Under the pieces are notes generated by a model that saw only the letters and a list, made by a program, of their open reading frames with translations, was not told where the DNA came from and did not search any database. A stretch of 64,000 nt of DNA from Octopus bimaculoides (taxonomy: Eukaryota). Below, one piece after another: positions 25,372 through 38,705 of this stretch; the first letter of the stretch is position 1, and each line of letters starts with the position of its first letter. Where the stretch lies: contig NC_068993.1 in assembly GCF_001194135.2 (NCBI RefSeq), forward strand, positions 36,289,551 through 36,353,550. Reading direction: 5' to 3'. The translations under genes and the position numbers were made by a program.

Positions 25372-25686
25372 ATGATGTGGTATACTTTCTTAGTAGCTCT
25401 CTTTCTACTTCTGTTTTATCTGACCCAACTTTCAAACTCCCACGCAGATCAGTCGTACAATATTCACACGGACGCTCTACAAATCATAAAAGTTCACACA
25501 TACATTATTCACAAAATTTCAAATATGCAGATATATTTACTCTCATTGCTGTTCAAGGTGGACGTCAAAACAGAATATTTCTCTTATTTTTATTGTTTAA
25601 CGCCTACGTTTTTGTTATTATACTTGTTTTTAATGTTACGAGGGAAGAAAACTGCTGCATTGCTTAAACTAGCTTTTTCTCTCTGA
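25372..25686 (+). CDS. Candidate 104-aa small membrane or secreted protein (signal peptide + TM + basic stop-transfer)
   Basis: AAAATG context. The N-terminus MMWYTFLVALFLLLFYLTQLSNSHA|DQ looks like a signal peptide. A second hydrophobic stretch FSYFYCLTPTFLLLYLFLML is followed by RGKK. Candidate upstream donor GAG|GTAAGG (25033/4) and acceptor TGTGTCAG|G (25317/8). No homology recognised. Confidence 0.3.
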   Translation: MMWYTFLVALFLLLFYLTQLSNSHADQSYNIHTDALQIIKVHTYIIHKISNMQIYLLSLLFKVDVKTEYFSYFYCLTPTFLLLYLFLMLRGKKTAALLKLAFSL

Positions 25687-26583
25687 CAATATCCTGCCAC
25701 CCATTTAAACTGAATCAACCAATCAATGTTGAACAGATATTTCTCAAATTTGAAGGCAGAATATTCTCCACTAAACACACCAAACGCCTACACTCTGCAG
25801 CCATTTTCACCATAACTCATCTTTAACCAGCGATAACCATTTTAAATCTACTGCACCTTATTCACTCTGTTGGTAACAACACAATTAAAACTGCCTCACA
25901 CACACACACATACATGTATGCATGTATATTTTCTATATCTAACCCAAGCAGTTTATTTGTTTATTTGCATCATTATCTCCATATATGTTCACCTGGATTC
26001 CTCTTATAGCCACTCTTTACCCCTCGGTAAAGATTTCGGAGTTTAAGTTCAAATCGTTTGAGCGTTACTAAATATTTTCTATATTGAGCATCTCTCGATC
26101 TCATCTGTTGACTCTACATACATATATATACATACACACACCATACTGCTCGCTTGAAAATGGTTAACACATGTCACTCACAATGATTTCTTCAATTTCT
26201 AAGCATTAAAAAAATATAGCTGTTCTAATTTCCGCCATGAGACTTCAGTTGCAAGAGGAGCTGATGGGGAAGAAAATACTTTATTTTCAGTAATATTTTT
26301 AAAACGAACTAAATGACCTGTTGTTTACGAATGCAACGGAGTTAATAATCATTTCTAATCTAGGTATAAGGCCAGCAATGTTTTTAAGAGGAGAGTTTAG
26401 TCGATTACATTGACCCGCGGTACGTGATTGGCACTTTATTTTATCGAACCCGAAGGGACGAAAGGCAAATTTGATCTCTGCGGAATATGAACTCAAGACG
26501 TAAGGAGTCATCATCATCATCATCATCAATCTCTGAACATTTCTATCTCGAGTCCTTCAACTCGTAGAACCGGTTACCCAATT

Positions 26584-26640
<57 letters not shown>

Positions 26641-27605
26641 NNNNNNNNNNNNNNNNNNNNNNNNNNNNNNNNNNNNNNNNNNNNNNNNNNNNNNNNNNNN
26701 NNNNNNNNNNNNNNNNNNNNNNNNNNNNNNNNNNNNNNNNNNNNNNNNNNNNNNNNNNNNNNNNNNNNNNNNNNNNNNNNNNNNNNNNNNNNNNNNNNNN
26801 NNNNNNNNNNNNNNNNNNNNNNNNNNNNNNNNNNNNNNNNNNNNNNNNNNNNNNNNNNNNNNNNNNNNNNNNNNNNNNNNNNNNNNNNNNNNNNNNNNNN
26901 NNNNNNNNNNNNNNNNNNNNNNNNNNNNNNNNNNNNNNNNNNNNNNNNNNNNNNNNNNNNNNNNNNNNNNNNNNNNNNNNNNNNNNNNNNNNNNNNNNNN
27001 NNNNNNNNNNNNNNNNNNNNNNNNNNNNNNNNNNNNNNNNNNNNNNNNNNNNNNNNNNNNNNNNNNNNNNNNNNNNNNNNNNNNNNNNNNNNNNNNNNNN
27101 NNNNNNNNNNNNNNNNNNNNNNNNNNNNNNNNNNNNNNNNNNNNNNNNNNNNNNNNNNNNNNNNNNNNNNNNNNNNNNNNNNNNNNNNNNNNNNNNNNNN
27201 NNNNNNNNNNNNNNNNNNNNNNNNNNNNNNNNNNNNNNNNNNNNNNNNNNNNNNNNNNNNNNNNNNNNNNNNNNNNNNNNNNNNNNNNNNNNNNNNNNNN
27301 NNNNNNNNNNNNNNNNNNNNNNNNNNNNNNNNNNNNNNNNNNNNNNNNNNNNNNNNNNNNNNNNNNNNNNNNNNNNNNNNNNNNNNNNNNNNNNNNNNNN
27401 NNNNNNNNNNNNNNNNNNNNNNNNNNNNNNNNNNNNNNNNNNNNNNNNNNNNNNNNNNNNNNNNNNNNNNNNNNNNNNNNAATGCAACCTTCGTATTTGG
27501 CGTTGAAGTGTTGTCAATGGCCAATCTCGCCGCCAATACGTTGGACGCGATGCCAGTTCTAAGTGCCTCTTCTAATTTCTTAACAAAGTCACCGATAGAT
27601 AGATA

Positions 27606-27705
<100 letters not shown>

Positions 27706-27718
27706 GGATGTTATGTAC

Positions 27719-27915
27719 GACATTATCGTCAATAATGTCTACGATATCATAGGCCGGTAGTTCCTAAATTTATTTCGACGAGAAACCTTCCACGATTTTC
27801 CAAAAATAATCTAGGTCATACCTATAGTTTAAGGACAATACTCGCCAGCCTAATTCAATTAACATTTGAAATTACACTGCCTCGTTTTAGAGGGATAATT
27901 TATTCATATTAGAGA
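27719..27915 (+). mobile_element. Unclassified dispersed repeat (about 200 bp)
   Basis: Matches the reverse complement of 49804-49998 (ACGATATC.TAGGCCGGTAGTTCCTAAATTTATTTCG...GCCTCGTTTTAGAGG). Confidence 0.75.
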
Positions 27916-27934
27916 TAATGCAAATTATAATCTT

Positions 27935-28140
27935 TTGTACTATAGGCACAAGGCCTGAAATGTTGCGAGTAAGTCGATTATATCGACCCCAGTGCTCACC
28001 TGGTACTTATTTTATCGACCTCTGAAGGATGAAAGGAAAAGTCGACCCCAGCGGCATTTGAACTCAGAATGTAAAGATGGATGAAATACCGCAAGGCATT
28101 TTACCTGGCGGGCTAACGATTGTGCCAGCTTTCTGCCCTA
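27935..28140 (-). mobile_element. SINE family C
   Basis: Reverse complement of the family C consensus. Further minus copies at 26355-26505, 28625-28745, 38920-39125 and 39510-39700. Confidence 0.8.
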
Positions 28141-28552
28141 TATCCCGATGTTAATAATGAAATAATGCACCATACATACATTCCACCATCTCTGTGAGAC
28201 AATGAACTAGTCTCTACGTAGCCGTTTGACCTGCTAGAAATATCAACTGTCCTACTGTCTTAAAAACAAAAGCCTGAGAGATATATTGACTATATAGTCT
28301 AAGATAAACTGGTTCAAAAGAAGAGATGGCTACAGCTACTATGATTTACTTGATCAAGGATGATTTGGAGCTAAATAATGTCAACAATAAACATGGATAA
28401 AAGCTCAGTTATCTTAACTTTTTACCTCACTATATTACATATACGAGACACTATAGTATGTGTATTAAGTAAACAGACATTTTCCTCTACTTCATTCTTG
28501 ATATTTATAAACAGTGTCATCTCTTTCTCTCTCTCTCTTTTTCTCTCTCTCT

Positions 28553-28603
<51 letters not shown>

Positions 28604-29129
28604 GCTTACATACACACATACACACACTTGACTGGTACTTTATTTAATCGTCCCCAGATAGAAACGGCAAATTTAACCTCGGCGAGATATGAATTCAAAC
28701 CTAAAGAGCCGTATGGTATTTTGTCCTACGCTCTAACGATTCTACCACCACATATCTAAGAATAGTTATGCAAGTAGAATATGCTTTACTGGCGAAATTT
28801 AACAAGATGAAAATATGTCCGTTTCTTTCACCGTTTGACATAAAATACAATACCCACTCCTAATTCATTGTCTTTATTTTTCAAAAATTTCGATCAGCTG
28901 ATTTTACTGGAGTTGTTCCCGTTGCTCCACTTGCTTGCTATTGTCTAAACAGAATTATCCATCTGGTTTCGTGTTTATAGATTCTGAAAAAAAAAAACAA
29001 GAGGGAGCTTTTAGTCTTCTAACTACTAAGATAACCTTAGTTAATCGAAGCTGTACGGTAAGTTTACGGATGGCGGTGACGACGATCCAGATAACCCTGA
29101 ACCAGGACCATCTACGGCATCTCCCATCA

Positions 29130-30637
29130 AACCAACCGAATTTATCGCTAGCAACGGCTGGTTTGATAAATTTCAAAGGAAGTTCAACCTTAACAGTGTG
29201 TCCCTGCATGGAGAAGCTACCTCTTCTGAAGAGTACGTGAACGAGACGTTCAAGACCATCGTCGAGGGAGGGGGATATTCGCGTGAATAAATTTTCAATA
29301 TGGATGAGACTTGCCTCTTTTTGGAAACGGATGCCATCGCGGACTTTCAATATGAAGGAGGAGGCCAGAACCCATGGATTTAAGGCGTACAAAGATCGCG
29401 TCTCAATTATAATGTGTAGAAATGCTGCAGACGTTATGGTAATTTATAAGTCCAAAACTTATTTATAATTCCAAAAACCCAAGAGCCCTCAAAAACAAAA
29501 ATAAGAACTTGCTGCTAGTGCATTGGATGCACAACCAGAAGGCATAGAAAACGAAACCACTGACATCGGATTGGTTTTACCAATGCTTCATACCCCGAAG
29601 TCAAGGTTTGTCTCGCCGAAAAAGGACTGGAATTCAAAGTGCGTCTCCAAATGGACAATGCTGGAAGTCACGCGCTCGATGTCGTATGAGGGTGTACAAA
29701 TCGAATTCTTACCGCCGAACACCATATCACTTATCCAGCCCATGGATCAAGGCGTTATTCGTGTATTTAAGGCGCTCTAAACGCGAAACTCCCTGCAACA
29801 CCTGGTCGAGGCTATGGACTCGAATGATAACTTCTCGCTGAAGGAGTACTGGATTGGGTACATCATTGCAACGTGTCTCCAAGATATTCAGAAGGCCATA
29901 AAGGAGATAAAGAATAAAAATTTGAATGCCAGCTGGAAGAAATTGTGGCCAGAAGCGGTCCACGACTATAAAGAATTCTCTCCCGACGAAATCCACCACT
30001 CCGCAGTAGATAAGGCAATGAAGTAGGCGAAATTGCTAGGAGGAGATGGCTTCACCGATATGACTACTGAGGACGCCAATAACCTGATCGAGGCTCACTC
30101 AGATCCATTAACGGATGAAGATCTGACAGAGATTACGAAGTCAGCAAGTGAGGAAGAAGAACAAAAACAAATAGATCTAGGGGAAGAAGAAGAAATCGGC
30201 CTATCACTAGAACGCCTATGAACTCTAGCAAAAACGGCAAAAGAAGTTCAAGGAAGGGCGGAAGATTGGGATCCCCAGATGATTCGTGCGTTGCAGTTCA
30301 GAAATGCATTCGACGGAGTCATGGAAGTTTACAAAAACCTCCGTACACAGATGAAAAGGCAGAGCCAGCAACTGCCCATCACTATGTTCCTCACTCACAA
30401 AATAAGAGAAGACACGTGTACTCCTAAGAGTGTGGGGAGAGTTTATAAAATACAATACAATACAAATTATAAAATACAAATTATAAAAATAATTTTTTAA
30501 AATATACAGTACAGTACTGTTTCTACTTCGTAGATTTTCACTTATCACGGGNNNNNNNNNNNNNNNNNNNNNNNNNNNNNNNNNNNNNNNNNNNNNNNGG
30601 TTGGAATGTAACACTCGCAATAGTCGAGGGATTGCTG
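29130..30637 (+). mobile_element. Tigger (pogo-family) DNA transposon relic
   Basis: Pieces FIASNGWFDKF, IFNMDET, WKRMPSRTF, GFKAYKDRV, MDNAGSH, FLPPNTISLIQPMDQGVIRVFKA and WKKLWPE (HTH_CENPB/DDE_1-type). The right end is GAGGGATTGCTG followed by TA. Multiple stops and frameshifts. Confidence 0.9.
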
Positions 30638-31467
30638 TAATCTTAATTAACAGTAATTATTTTGAGGTGGAGTTAGTTAATGAACGAGTAACAATATCTG
30701 ATAATAAACATAAACTCCATATTGTATGTCATGGCCTAGATAAATAAATTGGAAAGATTGTAAACAATACTAGACAAAAGACCTAAATAAAATAAAATGA
30801 ATAGGAAGGCAATGTAAAAAAAAAACACTGGATGTTGTAAACAAAGAAATCCTTGATGATAAAAGTCAAGTGATCTGAATAAGTATAAGCGTGTGAACTC
30901 CTTGATTTAATCTCAACAAGTGGTTTGGAACCAACCAATGCAGCGTAAAAACAAGAAAAATAAACACTTCAACTATTAGATAAAGGTGTGATGGTATAGC
31001 ATTATTAAATTCAATTACTTCATTGCTATTGTTGAGTGTATATAATAGAATGGTAAACATTGATTCAGTATTAATTCATCAAACTCTTCTGGAGACTCTG
31101 TCTGAGTACTAGTCGATTTGTACGACGCTGAATCAAGGTAGATTCCAACATGTTTTTCAATCTGAAAATATTGAGATTCTCATAGACATTTGCGGGATCA
31201 AAATTCGTTGATGGAAGTCGACAGTTGCGGCTCGACTATTTTACCATTTCAAGTTACTGTTCCTACGCAAGTCAGGTGAAATAGGGAAAATAGCAAAATT
31301 TCCCCTTTTTTACGATTAAACTGCTTACATTTTTTACACTAAGGTTGGAATTTGTGATCCAACCTGGCACTTGCCATTATTGTCACTCAGACAACCCAAC
31401 CAACGTTACCACAAGTTGTCAAGCCAATTATGTTGTTACGGATGTGTTTAACACCAGATTTAATTAA

Positions 31468-31669
31468 CCTTTGAAATTTGCGAGTAAGCTCCAGCGGGAT
31501 TTCGTTTGACTAAGACGCAAAGTGGGTGGCCTCATGGTTTTGAGTTTGAAGCTGAAAATAAAGATATTTCTTTCAATTAGCGAGCTGTAAACACAAAATC
31601 ATGTGGCCACCTGCTTTTGTGTCTTAGTCAAATTTGAACCCGCTAAAACGTACTTGTGAGTTCAAAGGG
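31468..31669. mobile_element. Foldback MITE, possibly piggyBac-type
   Basis: The arms at about 31468-31556 and 31583-31669 are imperfect reverse complements (e.g. TTTGACTAAGAC/GTCTTAGTCAAA). The left end is TTAA-CCTTTG and the right end is CAAAGGG-TTGG. Confidence 0.55.
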
Positions 31670-33529
31670 TTGGCAAACGAACGTCCATAAAAGCGGTTCG
31701 ATCGCTGCAATTGACTAAAGAAAACAACTACAAGAAACCCTCAAACACGCTGACTTTAAAAAGAATTACATCGAACAACAGGTTGGTTTCCTAGAGAAAA
31801 GCTACAATAAATTACTCGGAATATAATAAAAACAACCTGGCGATTTCTTACACTGCCAACCATTAAGTCAAATCACGTCTCTATGCGTGTCCTACTGTGT
31901 CGTCCTCCACGCTCTTAATGAATTCTGGATCATTTGAAGATAAAAGTGTCAAATTTTAATAAACTAATTTAGTTGTTTCTTAATTAAACCACATACAGTC
32001 CTATGGTTGAATAAATTAAACTTGCAGAAAAAGATTTTTAATAAAGTTCTTGGTGCGCTTTATAGAACAAAGTTATTTTAAAACATTTATTCATAATTTT
32101 ATTCAGAAAACCGATAAAGCGTATATTTCTCCCCCACCCCTTTGCCGCCCCCACTGGAATATCCCATACCTCAGACCCAGAGGTGAGGGCACCCCAAGTT
32201 GAGAATTTGTGGTCTACCTTGGTTTCACTCACACAACTTGAGTTACTCAACCCTATAGGCTAGGATAAAAGCAATACACATGCTTAAGGTGCTACACAGT
32301 AGGATCGAACGCACCTATAGGGAAAAGCATAAATATCATACCTTCCCATATTTTTAACAAGCGCAAATAAAGCGACCCGTCCATAATTTCTAATAATTAA
32401 TAAACAAACAGCTGAACATGACGATTTATCTAATCAGCTATGAATAAAATAATAAGAAAAAGCATTAACAACAATTATATAAAGTTTATCAGTTGCGAGA
32501 TATGATGATGGCTAATTCAGAATGTGCGATGCTAGGATTAAAGCTAATTATCATTTCTTCAGCAATTACCAAGGAAACCTGAACCATTAAGCTCCATCCA
32601 AAAGTATTTCTTCCGTACAAAACAAACCGATCATCCGGCTTAGAATCGTGTAAATTCTCAAGAGATATCTAAATATATTATTTATGCCTGGAAACACAAA
32701 CCGATTGATGGCAGCAATATTTCCGTTGTATTGGGCTTTAGAAAACATAATGTTGATGCCAGGGGCAAGGCTTTGCGGATGTACGTATGTGTGTATGCGT
32801 GTATACATATATGTGTATATACATATATATGTATGTTCAAATTTTGTAATAGAAGCAGCTCCGTAATATAAATATTATCAATGACAGTTATTTAATGTAT
32901 ATGTGTTGTTAAAATGCATTAGGGCTGCGGCATTTCGTAGAGTGTTTGAAAAGCACAATATACATCAAAATCAGACGAACCGAATTACCCCGGAAGTGAA
33001 AGAAAACGACAAATATCGATATTTCGCAGTTACTTCTGACTCAGAGAGCCGTATATTCGATTCCCATTCGAAATAAATTCGAATCGCTGACCTGAAGTAT
33101 ATACAAATAAGTTAAAAATTATCTGCTGATATACAAAAGGGCCGGACGAGCTACCTCTAACACAAAATTTGAATTTTGTTCTACTCTGATTTTCTTTTAT
33201 CTTAAAGTCGATAACTGTAAATTTATAATTCCTCTACTTGTTCTGTACTATTATTAAATCCGCTTTGTACATCTTATAAATGGCTCCATTCGTTGGTAAC
33301 TCCACTTGCTGGGAATCAGACGCTTACTCAACAAGTCATTATATCGCTGTTTAAATATAAGCCGATGAACATGAGAATTTCATAATGTATTTTATTATGC
33401 TTGCATCAAAATAAAGATTCTTAGCGAAACAATAGTCACAACATTTAAAATCCATTCGTTTGTATTCTGTAAACGAACTTAAAGGATATTATATTATATT
33501 TAAATGATTTTATATATATATATATATAT

Positions 33530-33722
33530 ATATAGGAGAATTCACGAAAAAACAACAGACGAAGACAGGTGGTGTAAACAACAAATGGATGTATTAATAT
33601 AACGCTCGGGAATAGAGAAAGTCTTTCACGTTTCGAGCCTACGCTCTTCAACAGAAAGGAACACAGAAAGAAACGAGGAGAGAAACAAGGAGAGAAAAAA
33701 AATATGTGTAGTGGTCAGCGTG
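33530..33722 (-). mobile_element. Penelope-like terminal repeat fragment (family F)
   Basis: Reverse complement of 18415-18605, including CTTTCTGTTGAAGAGCGTAGGCTCGAAACGTGAAAG. Confidence 0.55.
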
Positions 33723-33776
33723 CACATATGTGTGTGTGTATATATATATATATATATACACATATGTGTGTGTGTA

Positions 33777-33815
<39 letters not shown>

Positions 33816-33820
<5 letters not shown>

Positions 33821-33900
33821 CGTCGTCGACTTACAATCTAATCGACTTACGACCGATCGACTTTACGACGATTGGCGCGCCACCTCCCGGCAGCAATAAT
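33816..33900 (+). mobile_element. Solo Tigger-like terminus
   Basis: CAGGTCGTCGTCGACTTAC with CGACTT(T)AC repeated three times, resembling Tigger TIR/subterminal repeats. Confidence 0.4.
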
Positions 33901-36900
33901 AAATAGTCCAGTTGAAATCTAATGGGTTTAATTTCTTAGAAATTAACCCGTCTACAGATGATGTCAGCTAACANNNNNNNNNNCTTAGAAATTAACCCGT
34001 CTACAGATGATGTCAGCTAACAAACGCTTCCCCTAGGTTTGGTTATCGATCGCCACTGTGTTGGATGACTATCTGTCGCGGAGACATTGATGCAACCTCG
34101 TATTTGTTTATAAGACGACTGCTTGAGACTCCGAAAGTTTTGACTAACGCCAGTATAATAAATAGTATAATACAGAATTCTGTGTGTGACTTTTATCTGA
34201 GAATGTTCCTTAAGAATGTAAAAATATAAAGTTGACAGTGAGTCTGAACCCGAAACCATGTGTCTACAAAGCGAGCTTTTTAACCACACGACCATGCCGG
34301 CGACTATGTCTGTTCATCATAAAACGGATTTCTTTTTCTTTAGTGGAATATTTTCCCTCTATGTCGGTACTACTTATTATTATGATTCCTCACTGGTAGG
34401 TTTTGGTGATGACTATTCGAACATTGTCTGTTGTACCCTTATTGTGGCTACTGACTGGAATTAATTACCATTATTATGTCTAGTATTTCCGTTCTTTGTT
34501 TATCAAATCCCACCCACACCCAAAGGCCCCCCAAGCGCCCCCATACTAATTGTTCCTATGAGTGGTATAAATTGTATTTTTGCCAGCTGTTGGTTCAAAT
34601 GATGGTATTTATCAAATTTTAATCAACGTTACTTTCTTTTGAAGGAAATAAAAAAGAATTTGGACACCATAATTCTTTTGTATCTTAATTCGCGGTGACT
34701 TTCAATTAAGGTTCGTGAAATGTTTTTTGGTAAAATCTTCAATTCAGAAGTTCCGGCTCCTATTCATTTATATCACTGAGTTGTTTGCATTGACCATCGT
34801 TTGTCTTTTGTTTGTTTGTTGAAATAGTTTTTTGTTGTTGTTTATTGTATTTTTGTTGTTTAACCAACTAAACCTCTATGGCGAAAAGTTTATATTGCAT
34901 TGTATGTAATTAGGATATACATATATCTGTATGTGCGTATGCGTATGTACGCACGTATACAAATATGTTTTTATGCCAAGTTACAAATAAAAGCAATTTA
35001 ACATTAAAGTGAAGGGTGACTCGATATTTTGCAGTGAAGTACATGTTTATTAAACTTTCACTAGAAAAAGGTTAAGTGTCTGTCAAACAGTCGGTCGAAA
35101 GCAAGTAGAAACTCGAAATCGCTATCAAACGTGTAGAAGTTTAGTATCTATCTATCTATCTATACACACTCATATACATAGTCATATATATATATATATA
35201 TANNNNNNNNNNNNNNNNNNNNNNNNNNNNNNNNNNNNNNNNNNNNNNNNNNNNNNNNNNNNNNNNNNNNNNNNNNNNNNNNNNNNNNNNNNNNNNNNNN
35301 NNNNNNNNNNNNNNNNNNNNNNNNNNNNNNNNNNNNNNNNNNNNNNNNNNNNNNNNNNNNNNNNNNNNNNNNNNNNNNNNNNNNNNNNNNNNNNNNNNNN
35401 NNNNNNNNNNNNNNNNNNNNNNNNNNNNNNNNNNNNNNNNNNNNNNNNNNNNNNNNNNNNNNNNNNNNNNNNNNNNNNNNNNNNNNNNNNNNNNNNNNNN
35501 NNNNNNNNNNNNNNNNNNNNNNNNNNNNNNNNNNNNNNNNNNNNNNNNNNNNNNNNNNNNNNNNNNNNNNNNNNNNNNNNNNNNNNNNNNNNNNNNNNNN
35601 NNNNNNNNNNNNNNNNNNNNNNNNNNNNNNNNNNNNNNNNNNNNNNNNNNNNNNNNNNNNNNNNNNNNNNNNNNNNNNNNNNNNNNNNNNNNNNNNNNNT
35701 ATATATATGGCTACACTAATTAACTTAACTATCTATATCCCTTTGAAGAAGTCCGTGTTTTGTATTCAGCCATTCACAGCCTTTTGGCATTTGGCATTTT
35801 GCCTAGCTAGTTAATCATCAAGATTAATACACGTGCGTAGGCGCGAAGGTTACAGATGTGTAGGTGACATGTAGGTGTGTATGAATATATGTAACTGTGA
35901 TACACTTAAGGCTGTTCATTGAAGGCGTGCAGGGCAGCGACGGACGTCATACACCGATTTAGACAATTATCTTTGTAAAGTTATTAGTGCTTGGAAGGAA
36001 TAAAATTTATAGATTAGTTGTAACTGTGTGTACAGCTGTTACGGAGCATCTTAGGAATTTTGTAAACAAATTTATTGAAATCAAGGAAATGACAATAAGA
36101 AAATATATAAAACAAATATCTTGCGTTTTATTTTGAATTAATTAGTCACAACATATAGATAATAATGTATGGTTTGTCACTCTTATGTATAAGGGAAAAG
36201 CAATGCTGGATTTAGATGACGAGAGACCGTGGTCTTAACTTAGCCTTAACTTAAGGGGCTACCCCCAGTCTTTACTCCCATAACTAGAATTATATATACA
36301 CCTTGGTCAGAGCCCCTAGGTTTCGAGACCGTATATGTAGATTGGTAAGAGGAAGAAAGGAAGCGATCCCTAATCCGAAAACTTGACCTAAAAGCTTGTA
36401 ACATAGTGAAAGTCGTCGAAGGTGGACAGTATTTTATATTACACCCACACATAGGTGATAACTTTTAGTTTCTGGAAAATGTGTTTAAATTTTCTTTCTT
36501 TTTAAACAAAGAAGAAGCGTGGCTAAGTGGCTAGTGTTCGGCACATGGTCATAAAGTTGTGGGTTCGGTTCTTTGGACAAGCGGCGCTTCATTCTACGTT
36601 ACTCCAGTCTGTTCTGCTGAAAATTGAATAGTAAGTTGACTGTTGGTACAACTCTCGCTCTCTCTCTAGCTGTCACTTCTTTCGTGTTTCCCTGGTTCGA
36701 GGGCGGTGAGCACTAAGAGGTTATCAATATCTGCTCACAGCTACATAAACTACCAAAAACAGGTAGCGAAAGTGTGGTACAAGCCACCAGGTCATACCTG
36801 GTTGCGAGTGACCGCAAACATTTCAACGAAGGACTTCTAAAACCAAAATCAACTTGGTATTAAATCTCTGGTGCGGCAAAATAACATCCTAGATTCACCG

Positions 36901-37302
36901 TTATTGACACTCGCTGTGCATCAGTCCAGACAACAATGGTAACTGTAAACAAACGGTAGAACATTAGCGATATGAACACACCATTTTTATTTGTCTAAAA
37001 TCATAATTAATGATCATGTAAAATATAGGAAGGTTGTTTTTGTATCTTGTATATAGTTTTTGTTTATGGTTGTTGTTTTTTACTTGTTTCAGTCATTAGA
37101 CTGCGGCCATTGAAGAATTTTTAGTTTAATGTATTGACCCCAGTACTTATTTTCTTTTAAGCCTAGTACTTATTCTATCGGTGCCTTTTGCTGAACCGCT
37201 GATTTACGGGATCGTAAACACACCAAACACAGTTGTCATGCAATGAGGAGCGGGGACAAACACACACATCCACACACATCCACACACACATATAAATATA
37301 TG

Positions 37303-37353
<51 letters not shown>

Positions 37354-37544
37354 TTAGATAGATAGATACGAGACAAACGCTCAAGATGTTATCTAAATAA
37401 CATTTTGAGCGTTTGTTTCCATTTTCCATTATTCCTAAGTTCCTCAAAACAAGTCTCACTTCTCGGAATTAGCTCCCACGCAAGTGTGAGTACTAATTCC
37501 TTGGGCGCTTATGTGACATTTGGTTACCTTGTAACTGTCTCTCT

Positions 37545-37708
37545 GGATGGTCTTCTTTCAGTTTCCGCCTATCAAATCCACTCACAAGGCTTTGGTCGGC
37601 CCGAGACTATAGAAGAAGTCACTTGCCCATGGTGCCATGAAGTAGGGCTGAACTCCGAACCATGTGGCTGGGAAGCAAGTTTATTACCACACTGCCACAT
37701 CTGCACCT
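37545..37708 (-). mobile_element. SINE family A directly downstream of a U6 copy
   Basis: Minus strand AGGTGCAGATGTGGCAGTGTGGTAA...GCGGAAACTGAAAGAAGACC. Confidence 0.8.
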
Positions 37709-37807
37709 AAAATAAGAATGACCGTTTTATGAATTCGTGTGTCATCCTTGTATAGGGGCCATGCTAATCCTCTCTATGTCGTTCCAATTTTAGCTTATGT
37801 ACTGCCG
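37709..37807 (-). pseudogene. U6: U6 snRNA pseudogene
   Basis: Minus strand CGGCAGTACATAAGCTAAAATTGGAACGACATAGAGAGGATTAGCATGGCCCCTATACAAGGATGACACACGAATTC...TATTTT aligns to metazoan U6. The ACAGAGA box is mutated to ATAGAGA and about 10 nt of the 5' end are missing. Confidence 0.9.
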
Positions 37808-38197
37808 GGACATCCGAGTTCCATAATCTAACACCAAGCTTTTGTGTAAACGTTTTACATAATTAGTAGTTGTTGTTGATAATAGCGGTGCATTGCGGTG
37901 CCCATAATTAATGCTTATTAGTGAAAATTATATCAACTATGAGACATGAACGTACTTAACTTGTCCTGACTAAAATTCGTTCATTCATTCATTGTCATTC
38001 ATTCACTCATTGCTATTCATTCATTCATTCATTATCATTCATTTAGTCTTTCATTCATGAGAAAGTAGTTCCTCTCCGAAAGAAATGCGTTTGAAAACAA
38101 AATCACACATTTAATTCATAAAGGTTAGACAATGATTAAGTTATTTTTTGCTTTGTTGTTATTGTTGTTGTTATTGTTATCATTATTATTGTTATTC

Positions 38198-38375
38198 AGG
38201 CAGAATCGTTAGCACGTCGGACAAAATGATTATAGGCATTTCTTCCGGGATCAACTTTTGCCTTTCGTTGTTTTAGGGGGTCGATAAAATAAATACCAGT
38301 TAAGCACTGGGATCGAGGTAATCAACTAGCCATTCCTCTCAAAAGTTCAGGCCATTTGCCTATAGTAGAAAGAAT
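38198..38375 (+). mobile_element. Family C SINE with B-box deletion (inverted twin at 39215-39363)
   Basis: Both copies read CATTTCTTCCGGGATCAAC, lacking about 25-30 nt of consensus including the B box. Confidence 0.8.
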
Positions 38376-38564
38376 TGTTGTTGTTGTAAAGAACCACAGC
38401 AAGTTGTTTCACTAGGAGCGACATTGTATGAAGCGATAGGTCTACGGTTCAAATCCAGACGATTTCTTATATCCATTATAAGAACACTTAAACACATTTT
38501 CTTCGAAAAAGTGTACTACACGAAATGCTAGTACACATTAACTTATTTTACGAATTGTTGTTGT

Positions 38565-38705
38565 TGTTGGTGGTGGTGGTGGTGGTGGCGGCGGTGGCGG
38601 CGGCGGCGGTAACGGCAGCGGNNNNNNNNNNNNNNNNNNNNNNNNNNNNNNNNNNNNNNNNNNNNNNNNNNNNNNNNNNNGCGATGGCAGTGGCGGTGGT
38701 GGTGG
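38565..38705. repeat. (GTT)/(GGT)/(GGC) trinucleotide repeat across a gap
   Basis: Read directly from the sequence. It explains the poly-P/H/A ORFs. Confidence 0.9.

Noticed and set aside
33935-34022. Exact 39-bp direct repeat around a 10-N gap
   Set aside because: Typical unmerged contig-end overlap, so an assembly artefact.
36210-36335. Hammerhead-like half motifs (TGACGAGAGACC; GGTCTCGAAACCTAGG on the opposite strand)
   Set aside because: The halves are on opposite strands and neither forms a complete motif.
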